Assembly: GCA_011620345.1 (NCBI GenBank)
Contig: WOZJ01000042.1
Span: 1 to 32,049, forward strand
DNA length: 32,049 nt
Origin: Nitrospirota bacterium
GTDB lineage: Bacteria; UBA2233
Direction: 5' to 3'
Part shown: positions 1-11,372 of the stretch, piece after piece
Layout: every line of letters begins with the position of its first letter
Position numbering within the stretch: the first letter of the stretch is position 1
Translations under genes and position numbers: made by a program
The notes under the pieces: generated by a model
The model's database searches: none
The model's input: the letters and a program-made list of their open reading frames with translations, nothing else
What the model was told of the DNA's origin: nothing

Positions 1-1
1 C

Positions 2-73
2 GAGGGAAGCTTTGTCGAAAGGAGTACATGGAAATCGCTCCTTTCAGAGAAGGAAGAGGCGGGAGGGGTATGA
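2..73 (+). CDS. Possible 3' end of an upstream gene (partial, product unknown)
   Basis: The frame is open from nt 2 (EGSFVERSTWKSLLSEKEEAGGV) to TGA at 71-73, which overlaps the next ATG (ATGA, 70-73). The same coupling recurs throughout this window. Confidence 0.35.
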   Translation, partial: EGSFVERSTWKSLLSEKEEAGGV

Positions 74-624
74 ACTCTCTAACCATTTTCAGGCGGCCGG
101 TTTTTTGGACGCTGCTTGGCGTTCTTGTCCTCCTGACGGGCTGCAAGGTCGAAGGGGAGCTTTGGGTCGAGCGTTCTGGTGAGGGGAAAGGTCGCTTCCT
201 CGTGTCGGAAGTGCCCATTACCAAGCCCGAGCTCGAGGTTGAGCTCGCCAAAGAGGGCTTCGAGGTGGACAAGGTGAAAGAGAAAGGCCAGGATACGCTC
301 GAAGCTTGGGTCCACTGGAAGAGCTTTGCCAGCCCGGGCCCATTCGATGCCATAGAGGAGCGTCCAGACGGAAGCGTACGTCTAGCGTTCGGTAGGGCCC
401 CGGAACTAGGCGCGCTGACCGTGCATGTGGACGGGAAGGTGCTGGAGTCCACCGGATACGTGAAGGATAAGAACACGGTCATCTTTCAAGGTGGAAAGCA
501 GGCCGTTTTGACGTACCAGCCCGCGGCGAACAGGGCAGCGGTAGTTCTTATAGCCCTTGCCATCATGCTCGTTGCAATCCTTGTCTTAGTGAGGGTTCGC
601 ATGGCGATGGGGAAGCCCCGATGA
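70..624 (+). CDS. Putative lipoprotein with C-terminal transmembrane anchor (LppM/DUF3153-like)
   Basis: GGAGG at 62-66 precedes ATG70, preferred over ATG28. Basic N-terminus, hydrophobic core and lipobox LLTG-C, followed by KVEGELWVERSGEG. C-terminal hydrophobic helix AAVVLIALAIMLVAILVLV with a basic tail. Confidence 0.7.
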   Translation: MNSLTIFRRPVFWTLLGVLVLLTGCKVEGELWVERSGEGKGRFLVSEVPITKPELEVELAKEGFEVDKVKEKGQDTLEAWVHWKSFASPGPFDAIEERPDGSVRLAFGRAPELGALTVHVDGKVLESTGYVKDKNTVIFQGGKQAVLTYQPAANRAAVVLIALAIMLVAILVLVRVRMAMGKPR

Positions 625-857
625 AGCCCTATTCGAAGCCTCCGCTAAAGCCGTTCCTCTACGTTGCCGCGCTGTTGGCGGCTATCTTGATCGTATTTGG
701 CATTCAAAACGCTAGCCCAGTCGGAGTAAGCTTTTTGTTCTGGCATTTCGATGGTTCTCTCGGCCTTCTGTTGCTCGTTGCTTTCCTTTTGGGGCTTATC
801 GTCGGGCTACTATTGGTTGTGCCAGGCTGGTTGACAAAAAAAAGCCCCCGGCCGTGA
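621..857 (+). CDS. LapA family (DUF1049) lipopolysaccharide assembly membrane protein
   Basis: Two TM helices flank the family signature F-x-x-Q-N-x-x-x-V-x-V-x-F-L-F-W (FGIQNASPVGVSFLFW), followed by LxLLLLxAFLLG. ATGA overlap with the upstream gene. Confidence 0.8.
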   Translation: MKPYSKPPLKPFLYVAALLAAILIVFGIQNASPVGVSFLFWHFDGSLGLLLLVAFLLGLIVGLLLVVPGWLTKKSPRP

Positions 858-1525
858 AGCGGATACCCGAGCCCGAGGTGATGGATGACGTGCTCGAGGC
901 AGAGTCCTACGCCTCGGAGGCTGCCTTGGCGTACTTAAGCAGGATTGACGACACGTTTGTGGAACGCTTTCTGCGTATCGGGCTCAAAGACGGCCTTGTG
1001 CTTGATTTGGGCTCTGGCCCCGGGGTGATTCCCATCAAGATCGCTTTGAAGTGTAAAGGCTTAGAAGTTCTTGGCGTGGACCTCTCGGAGGCCATGCTTC
1101 AAATTGCCCGCAAAAACCTTCGGGCCGCAGGGCTTGGTTCTCGCGTACGGTTTGCAAGGGCCGATGTCAAACGGCTGGATTTTCCGGATTGTACCTTTGA
1201 TGCCGTCATTTCGAACTCGCTTCTGCACCACCTCCAAGACCCAGGGGTTGTCTTAATCGAGGCTGCGCGCGTGCTCAAGCCAGGAGGGGCCGTCCTCATC
1301 CGGGATATCAGAAGGCCGCCGGCTTTCTTGCTCGGGCTGTGGGTGCGTGTTTTCGGCAGGTACTACTCGGGGAAGATGCTCGAAGCTTACGTGCGCTCCT
1401 TGAGAGCTGCACTTAGCTTTGGAGAACTCAAAAGCCTGCTTAGGAGCGTTTCCTTTGCAGGATGCATGCCTTTTTGGCACGGCCTGACCCACATCGGGGT
1501 CGAAAGAAGGGCCTTGAAAGCCTAG
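854..1525 (+). CDS. Class I SAM-dependent methyltransferase
   Basis: Motif I VLDLGSGPG, post-I GVDLSEAML, FDAVISNSLLHH and RVLKPGG. GTGA overlap with the LapA gene. Confidence 0.9.
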   Translation: MKRIPEPEVMDDVLEAESYASEAALAYLSRIDDTFVERFLRIGLKDGLVLDLGSGPGVIPIKIALKCKGLEVLGVDLSEAMLQIARKNLRAAGLGSRVRFARADVKRLDFPDCTFDAVISNSLLHHLQDPGVVLIEAARVLKPGGAVLIRDIRRPPAFLLGLWVRVFGRYYSGKMLEAYVRSLRAALSFGELKSLLRSVSFAGCMPFWHGLTHIGVERRALKA

Positions 1526-2544
1526 AAGCGGTCCATTTCGGGCTTAAGGCTTCTTTCGAGCAACCTTTCTAGGGCGTCTTTTGGGTTTGTGCCCTCAAAG
1601 AGAACCCTGTAGACTTCCGTTACGATGGGTGCTTCGACATGGAGCCCCTCGATTCTTTGCAGGAGCGCTTTGACGCTGAAAGCCCCCTCGGCCAAAAAGT
1701 TGGGTTCCGCGAAGAACTGCGATGGGCTGAGCCCGTTGGCGATGAGCACGCCAAAGCGATGGTTACGAGATTTGGGCGATGTGGTGCTTAACAAGAGGTC
1801 CCCTAGCCCGCTTAAGCCTGCTAGCGTTATGGACTTCGCCCCCAGCGCGCGGGCGGTTCGCATCATCTCGGCCATTGCCCTGCTGACCAAAGAGGCCCTT
1901 GCGCTGTGGCCTAGGCGCAGGCCGTCCGATATACCGGCGGCGATTGCATAGATGTTCTTAAGCGCTCCCCCAAGCGCTACCCCCAAGACATCCTCGCTCG
2001 TGTAAACCCTTAAGCGTCCCGAGGAGAACACTTTCTGGATGCTCTCGGCAACCGCAAGGTCTTGGCTTGCGGCAACCATCGCCATCGGAAGGCTTTGAAT
2101 CAGTTCTTCGGCGAACGTCGGGCCGGAAAGGACTGCAAACCTCGAGACGCCCAGGACTGCCAGGAGGATCTCGTGGGGTAGTTTCGCCGTTTGGTCCTCC
2201 AGCCCCTTGCTTAAGAGCACGAACACGGGGCCGCTGTTGGCGTTTGGCCGCTTTGCTTGGAATAGGTCCGTAAGGCAGGTTCTGAGTGCCTGCGTGGGGA
2301 CGGCAAGGACGAGCATGCCGGCTTCGAACACGCTCTTTGGCTCATGGACCAAGGATAGCGAGCTTGGAAAGCGGATTCCTGGGAACAGGTCCAGCGGGCC
2401 GCCTTGTCGCTCCCAGGCTTGGAGGCGATTTGTATCTCGGCCCCAAAGCCTTGTAGGGACGCCGTTCTTGGCCAAGTGGCAAGCGAGCGCTACCCCGAAC
2501 CGTCCAGCGCCAACGACCCCCGCGCTGGGGCTTTCTTTGTCCAT
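1522..2544 (-). CDS. gpsA: NAD(P)H-dependent glycerol-3-phosphate dehydrogenase
   Basis: Rossmann GVVGAGRFG, LSKGLE, LSGPTFAEE, GGALKNIYAIAAG (catalytic Lys), GLSGLGDL and SRN. Start overlaps the gyrA stop (TGATG). Confidence 0.95.
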   Translation of the reverse strand: MDKESPSAGVVGAGRFGVALACHLAKNGVPTRLWGRDTNRLQAWERQGGPLDLFPGIRFPSSLSLVHEPKSVFEAGMLVLAVPTQALRTCLTDLFQAKRPNANSGPVFVLLSKGLEDQTAKLPHEILLAVLGVSRFAVLSGPTFAEELIQSLPMAMVAASQDLAVAESIQKVFSSGRLRVYTSEDVLGVALGGALKNIYAIAAGISDGLRLGHSARASLVSRAMAEMMRTARALGAKSITLAGLSGLGDLLLSTTSPKSRNHRFGVLIANGLSPSQFFAEPNFLAEGAFSVKALLQRIEGLHVEAPIVTEVYRVLFEGTNPKDALERLLERSLKPEMDRF

Positions 2545-4976
2545 CAGGCTTCCTCAATCCTCGTCATGGCAATAATAGACTCGTCCGGGTCTAGGTCCAT
2601 AAGCCGCACTCCCCTTGCCGACCTCGAGATCTTGGGGATGCGTTCGAGCTTAAACCGGATGAGCCTGCCCTTGTCTGTCAGCAAAACAACCGTGTCGGAC
2701 TCTAAGACTTGGCTTACGCCCGTTACGATGCCCGTTTTTGCGGTAACGGGAAACAGCCTGACCCCGCCGCTGCCCCGGTGGTGGGAAGGCACATCCGCGG
2801 TGTCGGTTTTTTTACCGTAGCCCTTGGCCGAACACACGAACAACAAGGATGCTTCCTGGCTTGTACGCTCCAGGTGGGCGAGCGTATCTCCAGGCCTCAG
2901 CTTTAAGCCTCTGACGCCCCTAGAAGCCCGGCCTTGGGCGCGGAGCTCGTCCATACGGAACTTTAGCGCCTGCCCGAGTGCCGTAATGCCAAGAACTTCT
3001 AGCCCCTCTTCGGCCCGAATCGCCCTAACGAGCTTATCTCCCTCCAAAAGCGTGATCGCCCGAACGGGCATTCTAGTTGCCGGGATCACCTTCTCAAGCT
3101 CGGCGCGCTTGATCAGCCCCTTGGCCGTCGCAAGGATGGCCTCGCCGCCTCTTTCCTCCGGCCCGACAGAAAGGAGCGCTGCAATCGTCTCGCCCGGGTC
3201 TTTCTGGATGAAGTTGACGATCGGCCTTCCTCGGCTAGTACGCTCGGTTTCGGGAATCTCGTAGGCCTTTAGCTTGAATACACGGCCAAAGCTCGTGAAC
3301 ACCAAAAGCGTCGAAAGGCTGGAAGTGGACAGGATCTCTACGGGAACATCGCTGTCTCGAATGTCCAGGCCCATGGAGCCACGGCCTCCGTGGCGCTGGG
3401 TCCTGTATGCCTTCGATGGCGTACGCTTAACGTAGCCCTGCTTGGTCAAGATGACGAGCATCTCCTCGTCTTGGATTAGCGCTTCTTTCCCGATCTCGGC
3501 CGGCTTATCGAGGATTTGAGTCCTCCTTTCGTCGGCAAAGGCTTCTTTTATCCTTAAAAACTCCTTGACCATCAGCCGCCTTCGGATAGCCTTGTCGTTC
3601 AGAATGCTGCTGTATTCTTTAATCTGGGCCATGAGCTGTTGGAGCTCTTCTTTTATCTTCGTGCCTTCTAGGTGCGTGAGCCTCTCGAGCTTCATGTCCG
3701 TGATCGCCCTTGCTTGGACGGGCGTAAACTTAAACTGGCTTGTAAGCGCGCCCCGGGCGGATTCAGGGTCTTTGGCGGCACGAATGGCGGCGATAATCGC
3801 ATCGATCTGGCCGAGAGCCCTTTCGAGCGCCTCTAGGATGTGGGCGCGTTCCTCGGCCCTTCGGCGCAGGTACGAGGTCCGCTTGGTGATGATCTCCTCC
3901 CTGTGGGCCAAGAATAGCTTGAGCGCCTCGATCAGCGAAAGCCTTTTGGGCCGACCGCCCACAAGCGTCACCATGTGAAGGGGAAAGGTGGTCTCAAGCT
4001 GGGTATGCTTGAACAGCTGGTTCTCGACGACGGCCGGGTCGGCATCGGCCTTGAGCTCGAGTACCATCCGTATCCCTTGCCGGTCGGATTCGTCGCGGAT
4101 GTCGGAGATTCCTTCGATCCGCTTATCCTTCACGAGCTGGGCGATGTCCTCGAGCGTTTTGGCCTTGTTGACCATGTAGGGAAGCTCGGTGACGATAAGC
4201 TTCCCTTTGGCCTTGTCCTTTTCGCGGCTTACCTTCGAGCGCACCTTGAGGCTACCGTGGCCTGATAAGTAGGCTTGGGCGATCTCGTCTTTTCCCATCA
4301 GGATTGCGCCCGTGGGAAAGTCCGGCCCTGGAAGGACTTGTAGCACTTCTTCGAGGATCGCCTCCGGGTTCTTTAGCAGCAGTAAAAGGGCGTCGATCAG
4401 CTCGCCCAAGTTGTGAGGAGGGATGGATGTCGACATGCCCACCGCGATCCCTTGCGAGCCGTTTGCTAACAGGTTTGGGAAGGCAGACGGCATAACTAGG
4501 GGCTCTTTGAGCGATTCGTCGTAGTTCGGGCCGAAGGGGACGGTCTCGTAGGGCAAGTCGTCTAAAAGTTCTCTCGCGATCTTGCTCAAACGGACCTCGG
4601 TGTACCGCATGGCCGCTGGCGAGTCGCCGTCCACCGAGCCAAAGTTGCCCTGGCCGTCGATCAAGGGGTAGCGCATCGAAAAGGTCTGGGCCATCCGAAC
4701 CAGCGCATCGTAGACTGCCTGGTCGCCGTGTGGGTGAAACTTACCTATAACCTCGCCCACGATACGCGCCGATTTCTTATAGGGCTTGCCAAAGTCGTTG
4801 CCTAGCTCGTCCATCGCGAACAGGATCCGCCGGTGTACTGGCTTGAGCCCGTCACGGACCTCCGGAAGCGCCCTGCCGACGATGACGCTCATCGCGTAAT
4901 CGAGGTAGGACTGCTGGACCTCTTTTTCTAGAAGCGTAGCGACGATTTCTCCTTGAGGACCTTGCTCTTCGGCCAT
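2544..4976 (-). CDS. gyrA: DNA gyrase subunit A
   Basis: [33 protein letters not shown], catalytic AAMRYTE, GyrA-box-like QRHGGRG and a six-blade beta-pinwheel CTD. Lies directly downstream of gyrB. Confidence 0.96.
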   Translation of the reverse strand: MAEEQGPQGEIVATLLEKEVQQSYLDYAMSVIVGRALPEVRDGLKPVHRRILFAMDELGNDFGKPYKKSARIVGEVIGKFHPHGDQAVYDALVRMAQTFSMRYPLIDGQGNFGSVDGDSPAAMRYTEVRLSKIARELLDDLPYETVPFGPNYDESLKEPLVMPSAFPNLLANGSQGIAVGMSTSIPPHNLGELIDALLLLLKNPEAILEEVLQVLPGPDFPTGAILMGKDEIAQAYLSGHGSLKVRSKVSREKDKAKGKLIVTELPYMVNKAKTLEDIAQLVKDKRIEGISDIRDESDRQGIRMVLELKADADPAVVENQLFKHTQLETTFPLHMVTLVGGRPKRLSLIEALKLFLAHREEIITKRTSYLRRRAEERAHILEALERALGQIDAIIAAIRAAKDPESARGALTSQFKFTPVQARAITDMKLERLTHLEGTKIKEELQQLMAQIKEYSSILNDKAIRRRLMVKEFLRIKEAFADERRTQILDKPAEIGKEALIQDEEMLVILTKQGYVKRTPSKAYRTQRHGGRGSMGLDIRDSDVPVEILSTSSLSTLLVFTSFGRVFKLKAYEIPETERTSRGRPIVNFIQKDPGETIAALLSVGPEERGGEAILATAKGLIKRAELEKVIPATRMPVRAITLLEGDKLVRAIRAEEGLEVLGITALGQALKFRMDELRAQGRASRGVRGLKLRPGDTLAHLERTSQEASLLFVCSAKGYGKKTDTADVPSHHRGSGGVRLFPVTAKTGIVTGVSQVLESDTVVLLTDKGRLIRFKLERIPKISRSARGVRLMDLDPDESIIAMTRIEEA

Positions 4977-4985
4977 GGGATCTCC

Positions 4986-7571
<2,586 letters not shown>

Positions 7572-7609
7572 GAAAAGGGCGCCTAGAGGAAGGTCGCTTA
7601 CCCTTAAGC

Positions 7610-7639
7610 TTGCCGTTTACGAAAGGGTTGGCCTAAAAT
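7610..7639 (+). promoter_or_regulatory. Putative sigma70-type promoter of the hem operon
   Basis: TTGCCG (7610-7615), 18-nt spacer, TAAAAT (7634-7639). Confidence 0.55.
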
Positions 7640-7645
7640 AAAGGA

Positions 7646-8320
7646 ATGGAGGAAGTTTACGATTTGTATCCGGTATACCTCGACTGCAGAGCAAAAGCCT
7701 GCCTTGTCGTGGGCGGCGGCAACGTGGCAGGGCGGAAGGTGCAAGGACTTCTACGGGCGGGCGCGAGGGTTTGCGTCGTGAGCCCCGAAGCTGTCGAACC
7801 AATCAAGGAGCTCTCGGGAGTTGGCCGGCTTGTTTGGGCCAAAAGGCCCTATACAGCCGAGGATTTGGAGGGGGTTTTTTTTGTTGTGGCGGCAAGCAAC
7901 ATCAAGGAGCTAAACCAAAGGGTGGCCGCCGAGGCCAGGTCCAGGGGTATCCTTGTGAACACGGCAGAAGGGGCGTCGGGGGGCGATGTTTTCCTTCCGG
8001 TTTCCTTGGCCTTCAAGAACCTGAGGGTTGCCGTTTCGAGCTCTGGGAAGTGTCCCGCCTTTGCCAAGGCGCTTGCCGATGTCCTGGGAGCGTGGCTTGG
8101 CCGCGGCTTCCCTTTGGCTCTAGAGGTCTTGACGGCCTTAAGGGAGGCTCATTTGAGGTCCGGCGTGGGTCAAGAAAGGTTTGTCGTCGAGCCTTTCTTG
8201 GCCGTAACGCTGTCCGAGCTCCTTGCGCAAGGCTGTACCCACGAGGCGCGAGGAATACTGGAAAAAGCCTACCCTCATCTTCTCCTCATGATTCCTGCGG
8301 CGCTTGGGCGGGCGGCATGA
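7646..8320 (+). CDS. sirC: Precorrin-2 dehydrogenase / sirohydrochlorin ferrochelatase (SirC/Met8p/CysG N-terminal type)
   Basis: YPVYL, CLVVGGGNVAGRK (Rossmann), VVSPE, LVN and VAVSSSGKCPAFA. First gene of the hem cluster. Confidence 0.85.
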   Translation: MEEVYDLYPVYLDCRAKACLVVGGGNVAGRKVQGLLRAGARVCVVSPEAVEPIKELSGVGRLVWAKRPYTAEDLEGVFFVVAASNIKELNQRVAAEARSRGILVNTAEGASGGDVFLPVSLAFKNLRVAVSSSGKCPAFAKALADVLGAWLGRGFPLALEVLTALREAHLRSGVGQERFVVEPFLAVTLSELLAQGCTHEARGILEKAYPHLLLMIPAALGRAA

Positions 8321-9153
8321 ACGGCTTGATCATCCTAGGGCGCATTCTTCAGCTTGCTTACGCCGCCGAGGCGGTCTTTACGCTTATTTTGTTCGAGCGG
8401 CCCGGTGAAAAACTCCCCAAGGTCGTTCAACGGCTTGGCTGGGCATGCCTTGTGCTCCACGCCGCCTTCCTCGCTGGGGCTATTTTTTGGAGAGGGGCGG
8501 ATTTCCTTTTCCGGGAGTCCGGAACGCTCGTTCTGTTTGGGTTTGTGGTATTTATGTTTTATACCGTGATTCTATGGTCTGGTTTCGTTGCCAAGGCGCA
8601 AAGTCTCGGGCTTTTGATCGTCCCTGTCGTTTTAATCTCTTTTAGCTTGGGCGTACGCGGCCTTACCCTCGAAACGGCCTTGAGCGTTCCTTGGGAGTTT
8701 TCTGAGGTATGGCTTGGTGTCCATATCCTCCTGAGCGTGCTTGGAGAGGCCGCCTTGGTAGTGGCCGCGCTCCTTGGATTGTTCTATCTTCTTGAAGAAG
8801 CGGCCATCCGGCGCAAAAAGAGCTTGCCGTTGGTGTTTCGACTTCCCCCGCTCGAGTTTCTGGAGAGGGCAGGGGCTCGGCTGTTGGAGGTCGGGTTCCT
8901 CTTCTTAACGCTCGGGCTTTGGGTCGGGTCGTATTTTGCAACGGAGTCGTACGGGGTTGACTGGCTCGTGCAGCCCAAGCAGATGCTTGCCCTCGCCGCT
9001 TGGGCCGTATACGGGGGGCTCCTTGTACTCAAGAGAACCCGCGCATTTGATGCCAAGGGGATGGCGCTCGGGTGTGTTGCAGGTTTTGTTTTGCTCTTGC
9101 TGGTCATGGTTGGAGTCAGCGTTTGCCCCGTGGGGTTCCACAGGTTCGGATAA
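8317..9153 (+). CDS. Cytochrome c assembly (CcsA) family membrane protein, HemX-like
   Basis: About 8 TM segments; conserved His in WLGVHILL, LPPLEFLE, GFLFLTLGLWVG, a degenerate WWD region (DWLVQPKQ) and a C-terminal His. ATG8317 overlaps the sirC stop (ATGA). Immediately upstream of hemA. Confidence 0.8.
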   Translation: MNGLIILGRILQLAYAAEAVFTLILFERPGEKLPKVVQRLGWACLVLHAAFLAGAIFWRGADFLFRESGTLVLFGFVVFMFYTVILWSGFVAKAQSLGLLIVPVVLISFSLGVRGLTLETALSVPWEFSEVWLGVHILLSVLGEAALVVAALLGLFYLLEEAAIRRKKSLPLVFRLPPLEFLERAGARLLEVGFLFLTLGLWVGSYFATESYGVDWLVQPKQMLALAAWAVYGGLLVLKRTRAFDAKGMALGCVAGFVLLLLVMVGVSVCPVGFHRFG

Positions 9154-9174
9154 ACCAAGGAGATTGGTTGGAAC

Positions 9175-10500
9175 ATGGGTATTGTGCTCGTCGGGGCCAA
9201 TCATCAAAGCGCCTCCGTAGAAGTCAGGGAGCGGTTCTCGGTCCCTCCAGAGCGCACTAAAGAAGCGCTAGGTGCGCTCCAATGCTCTCCCCATATTCGA
9301 GAGTGCGTCCTTCTTTCGACCTGCAACCGCCTAGAGGTCGTCGCGGCCTCTAGGGCCGTATGCCGTGCCAAGGAGGCGATAGAGGGCTGGTTGGCCGAGT
9401 ACGGGTCTGTAGGCCCGAAGGACCTAGAAGCGTATACATACACGTTCTACGACGAAGAGGCGGCCGCGCACTTGTTTGCCGTGGCCTCGGGCCTTGACTC
9501 GCTCGTTGTAGGCGAGCCTCAAATTTTGGGGCAAGTCAAGGAGGCCTACAAGCAAGCAGGCATGTTCGGCAGCGTCGGACCTACCTTGCACAGCCTGTTC
9601 CATAAAGCCTTTCACGTGGCCAAGCGGGTACGTTCGGAAACAGGAATCGGAGAAGGAAACGTATCTGTCTCTTCCGTAGCCGTCGAGCTTGCCGGCCAGA
9701 TTTTTTCACGTATGGCCGACAGGAACGTCCTCATCATCGGCGCGGGCGAAATGGGACAAACGGCGGCCAGACATTTCAAGGCCCGTGGGGTTGGAACCCT
9801 GTACATAGCGAACAGGACGTATTCTTCTGCAAGGGCGCTCGCCGAAGAGTTGGGGGGTGTTCCCTTGACGCTTCCAGAAATTCCCAACGTATTGCCCGAG
9901 GCCGACGTTGTCCTATCGGCCGTCAGCGTGGATGGCTATCTCATTAAGGCGCCCGATGTCGTGGGGCTCTTGAAGCACCGGGCGCGCGGGCCGTTGCTCA
10001 TCCTCGACATCGGGCTTCCAAGGTCGATTGACCCAGAGATCCAATCCCTACCAAGGGCTTATTTGTACGCTATCGACGATTTAAAGCGTGTAGTCGACGA
10101 CAACCTCAAGGCACGTGAACACAAGGCCAAAGAGGGCATGCGGTTGATTGTCGAAGAGGCCAGGGCGTTCGTGCGCGTGCTCGAGCATTCGGACGTTGAC
10201 GAGCTCATTGCCACCTTGAGGACCAATCTTGAGGACTTGCGGCAACGCGAGCTCCAAAGGACGCTCGCCAGGCTCAAAGACCTGTCCGAAAAAGACAGGC
10301 AGGCACTAGAAATCCTTACAGTTTCGCTGATGGACAAGTTCCTTCACGGTCCGGTCATGGCCCTCAAGAACGGGGCGCGTGAGTCGCTGCCCTTCCTTTG
10401 TGAGTCTCTTGTACGATTGTTTCAGCTCGAACGTTCCCAAAATCAAGGACAGCCATGGAACGGATCAGAATCGCAACCCGAAAAAGTCCGCTTGCCTTAG
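9175..10500 (+). CDS. hemA: Glutamyl-tRNA reductase
   Basis: LLSTCNRLEV (catalytic Cys), HLFAVASGLDSLVVGEPQILGQVK, IIGAGEMG, IANRT and DIGLPRSI. Confidence 0.97.
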   Translation: MGIVLVGANHQSASVEVRERFSVPPERTKEALGALQCSPHIRECVLLSTCNRLEVVAASRAVCRAKEAIEGWLAEYGSVGPKDLEAYTYTFYDEEAAAHLFAVASGLDSLVVGEPQILGQVKEAYKQAGMFGSVGPTLHSLFHKAFHVAKRVRSETGIGEGNVSVSSVAVELAGQIFSRMADRNVLIIGAGEMGQTAARHFKARGVGTLYIANRTYSSARALAEELGGVPLTLPEIPNVLPEADVVLSAVSVDGYLIKAPDVVGLLKHRARGPLLILDIGLPRSIDPEIQSLPRAYLYAIDDLKRVVDDNLKAREHKAKEGMRLIVEEARAFVRVLEHSDVDELIATLRTNLEDLRQRELQRTLARLKDLSEKDRQALEILTVSLMDKFLHGPVMALKNGARESLPFLCESLVRLFQLERSQNQGQPWNGSESQPEKVRLP

Positions 10501-11372
10501 CCCAGACACGCCTGTTTGCCGAGCGCTTTAAGGGGGTACATAAAGAGGCCCTTGTCGAGACGCTGCCTTTGCTCACGACGGGCGACAAGCTTTTGGACGC
10601 CCCTCTGGCCAGCATCGGGGGCAAGGGGGTGTTTACCAAAGAGCTCGACGAAGCACTATTGTCAAAAAGGGCGGATGTGGCCGTCCATAGCCTAAAGGAC
10701 GTCCCGCATACGCTGCCCAATGGCCTTGCCATCCTAGCATTCCTGACCCGCGAAGACCCTTTGGACGTGCTTGTCTCAAAAACGGCCAAGGCGCTTGAGG
10801 AGCTTCCCCTAGGCGCTCGTGTTGGAACCTCGAGCCTAAGGAGGCAGGTTCAACTCTTGAACATGCGCCACGACGTGCGTATCGTCCCGATTCGCGGAAA
10901 CGTGGGGACACGCCTAAAAAAGCTCGAGACGCAAGGCCTTGATGCCGTTATCCTTGCACGCGCTGGCATTGTACGTCTTGGCCTCGAGCTTGATTACTCT
11001 CCTATCCCGAAAGAGACGATCATCCCAGCCTTAGGGCAGGGCATCATCGCGGTCGTAGGCAGGGAGGGCGAAATCGAGATGACCCGGGCGCTTGGCGCGC
11101 TTACCGACCCCAGGACGACGATCGAGGCCCGTTGCGAGCGCCGGTTTGTCAAGCTTGTAGGGGGGAGCTGTCAAGTGCCCGTAGCGGGAAACGCAAGCCT
11201 TGTGGAGGGCAAGCTGTTATTTCAGGCCGCGGTGGGGTCGCTCGATGGCCGCATCTTGCTGAAGGCAAAGGCTTCGGCAGGGCCGGAGTCCCCGGAGCGG
11301 TTGGCAGACGAGGTGTTCGAGGAGCTCAACGGACAAGGGCTCCAGCCTCTTTTAAAGGATATTGTCGGATGA
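10455..11372 (+). CDS. hemC: Hydroxymethylbilane synthase (porphobilinogen deaminase)
   Basis: IATRKSPLALAQ, GGKGVFTKEL, VHSLKDVP, GTSSLRR, RGNVGTRL and GGSCQVPVA (cofactor-binding Cys). Confidence 0.97.
   Translation: MERIRIATRKSPLALAQTRLFAERFKGVHKEALVETLPLLTTGDKLLDAPLASIGGKGVFTKELDEALLSKRADVAVHSLKDVPHTLPNGLAILAFLTREDPLDVLVSKTAKALEELPLGARVGTSSLRRQVQLLNMRHDVRIVPIRGNVGTRLKKLETQGLDAVILARAGIVRLGLELDYSPIPKETIIPALGQGIIAVVGREGEIEMTRALGALTDPRTTIEARCERRFVKLVGGSCQVPVAGNASLVEGKLLFQAAVGSLDGRILLKAKASAGPESPERLADEVFEELNGQGLQPLLKDIVG

Noticed and set aside
7771-8316. 182-aa N-terminal extension of the CcsA-like ORF (460 aa in the ORF track)
   Set aside because: It lies in an alternate frame of sirC and has non-protein-like composition. 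ATG8317 with an ATGA overlap is the coherent start.
11132-11368. Long N-terminal extensions on cobA-hemD (and similarly hemL 21892, nuoD 23230, nuoJ 25900, nuoN 30246, gyrB 7475)
   Set aside because: They overlap upstream genes or promoter regions. Family motifs begin at downstream ATGs, most of which have an SD or a stop-start overlap.
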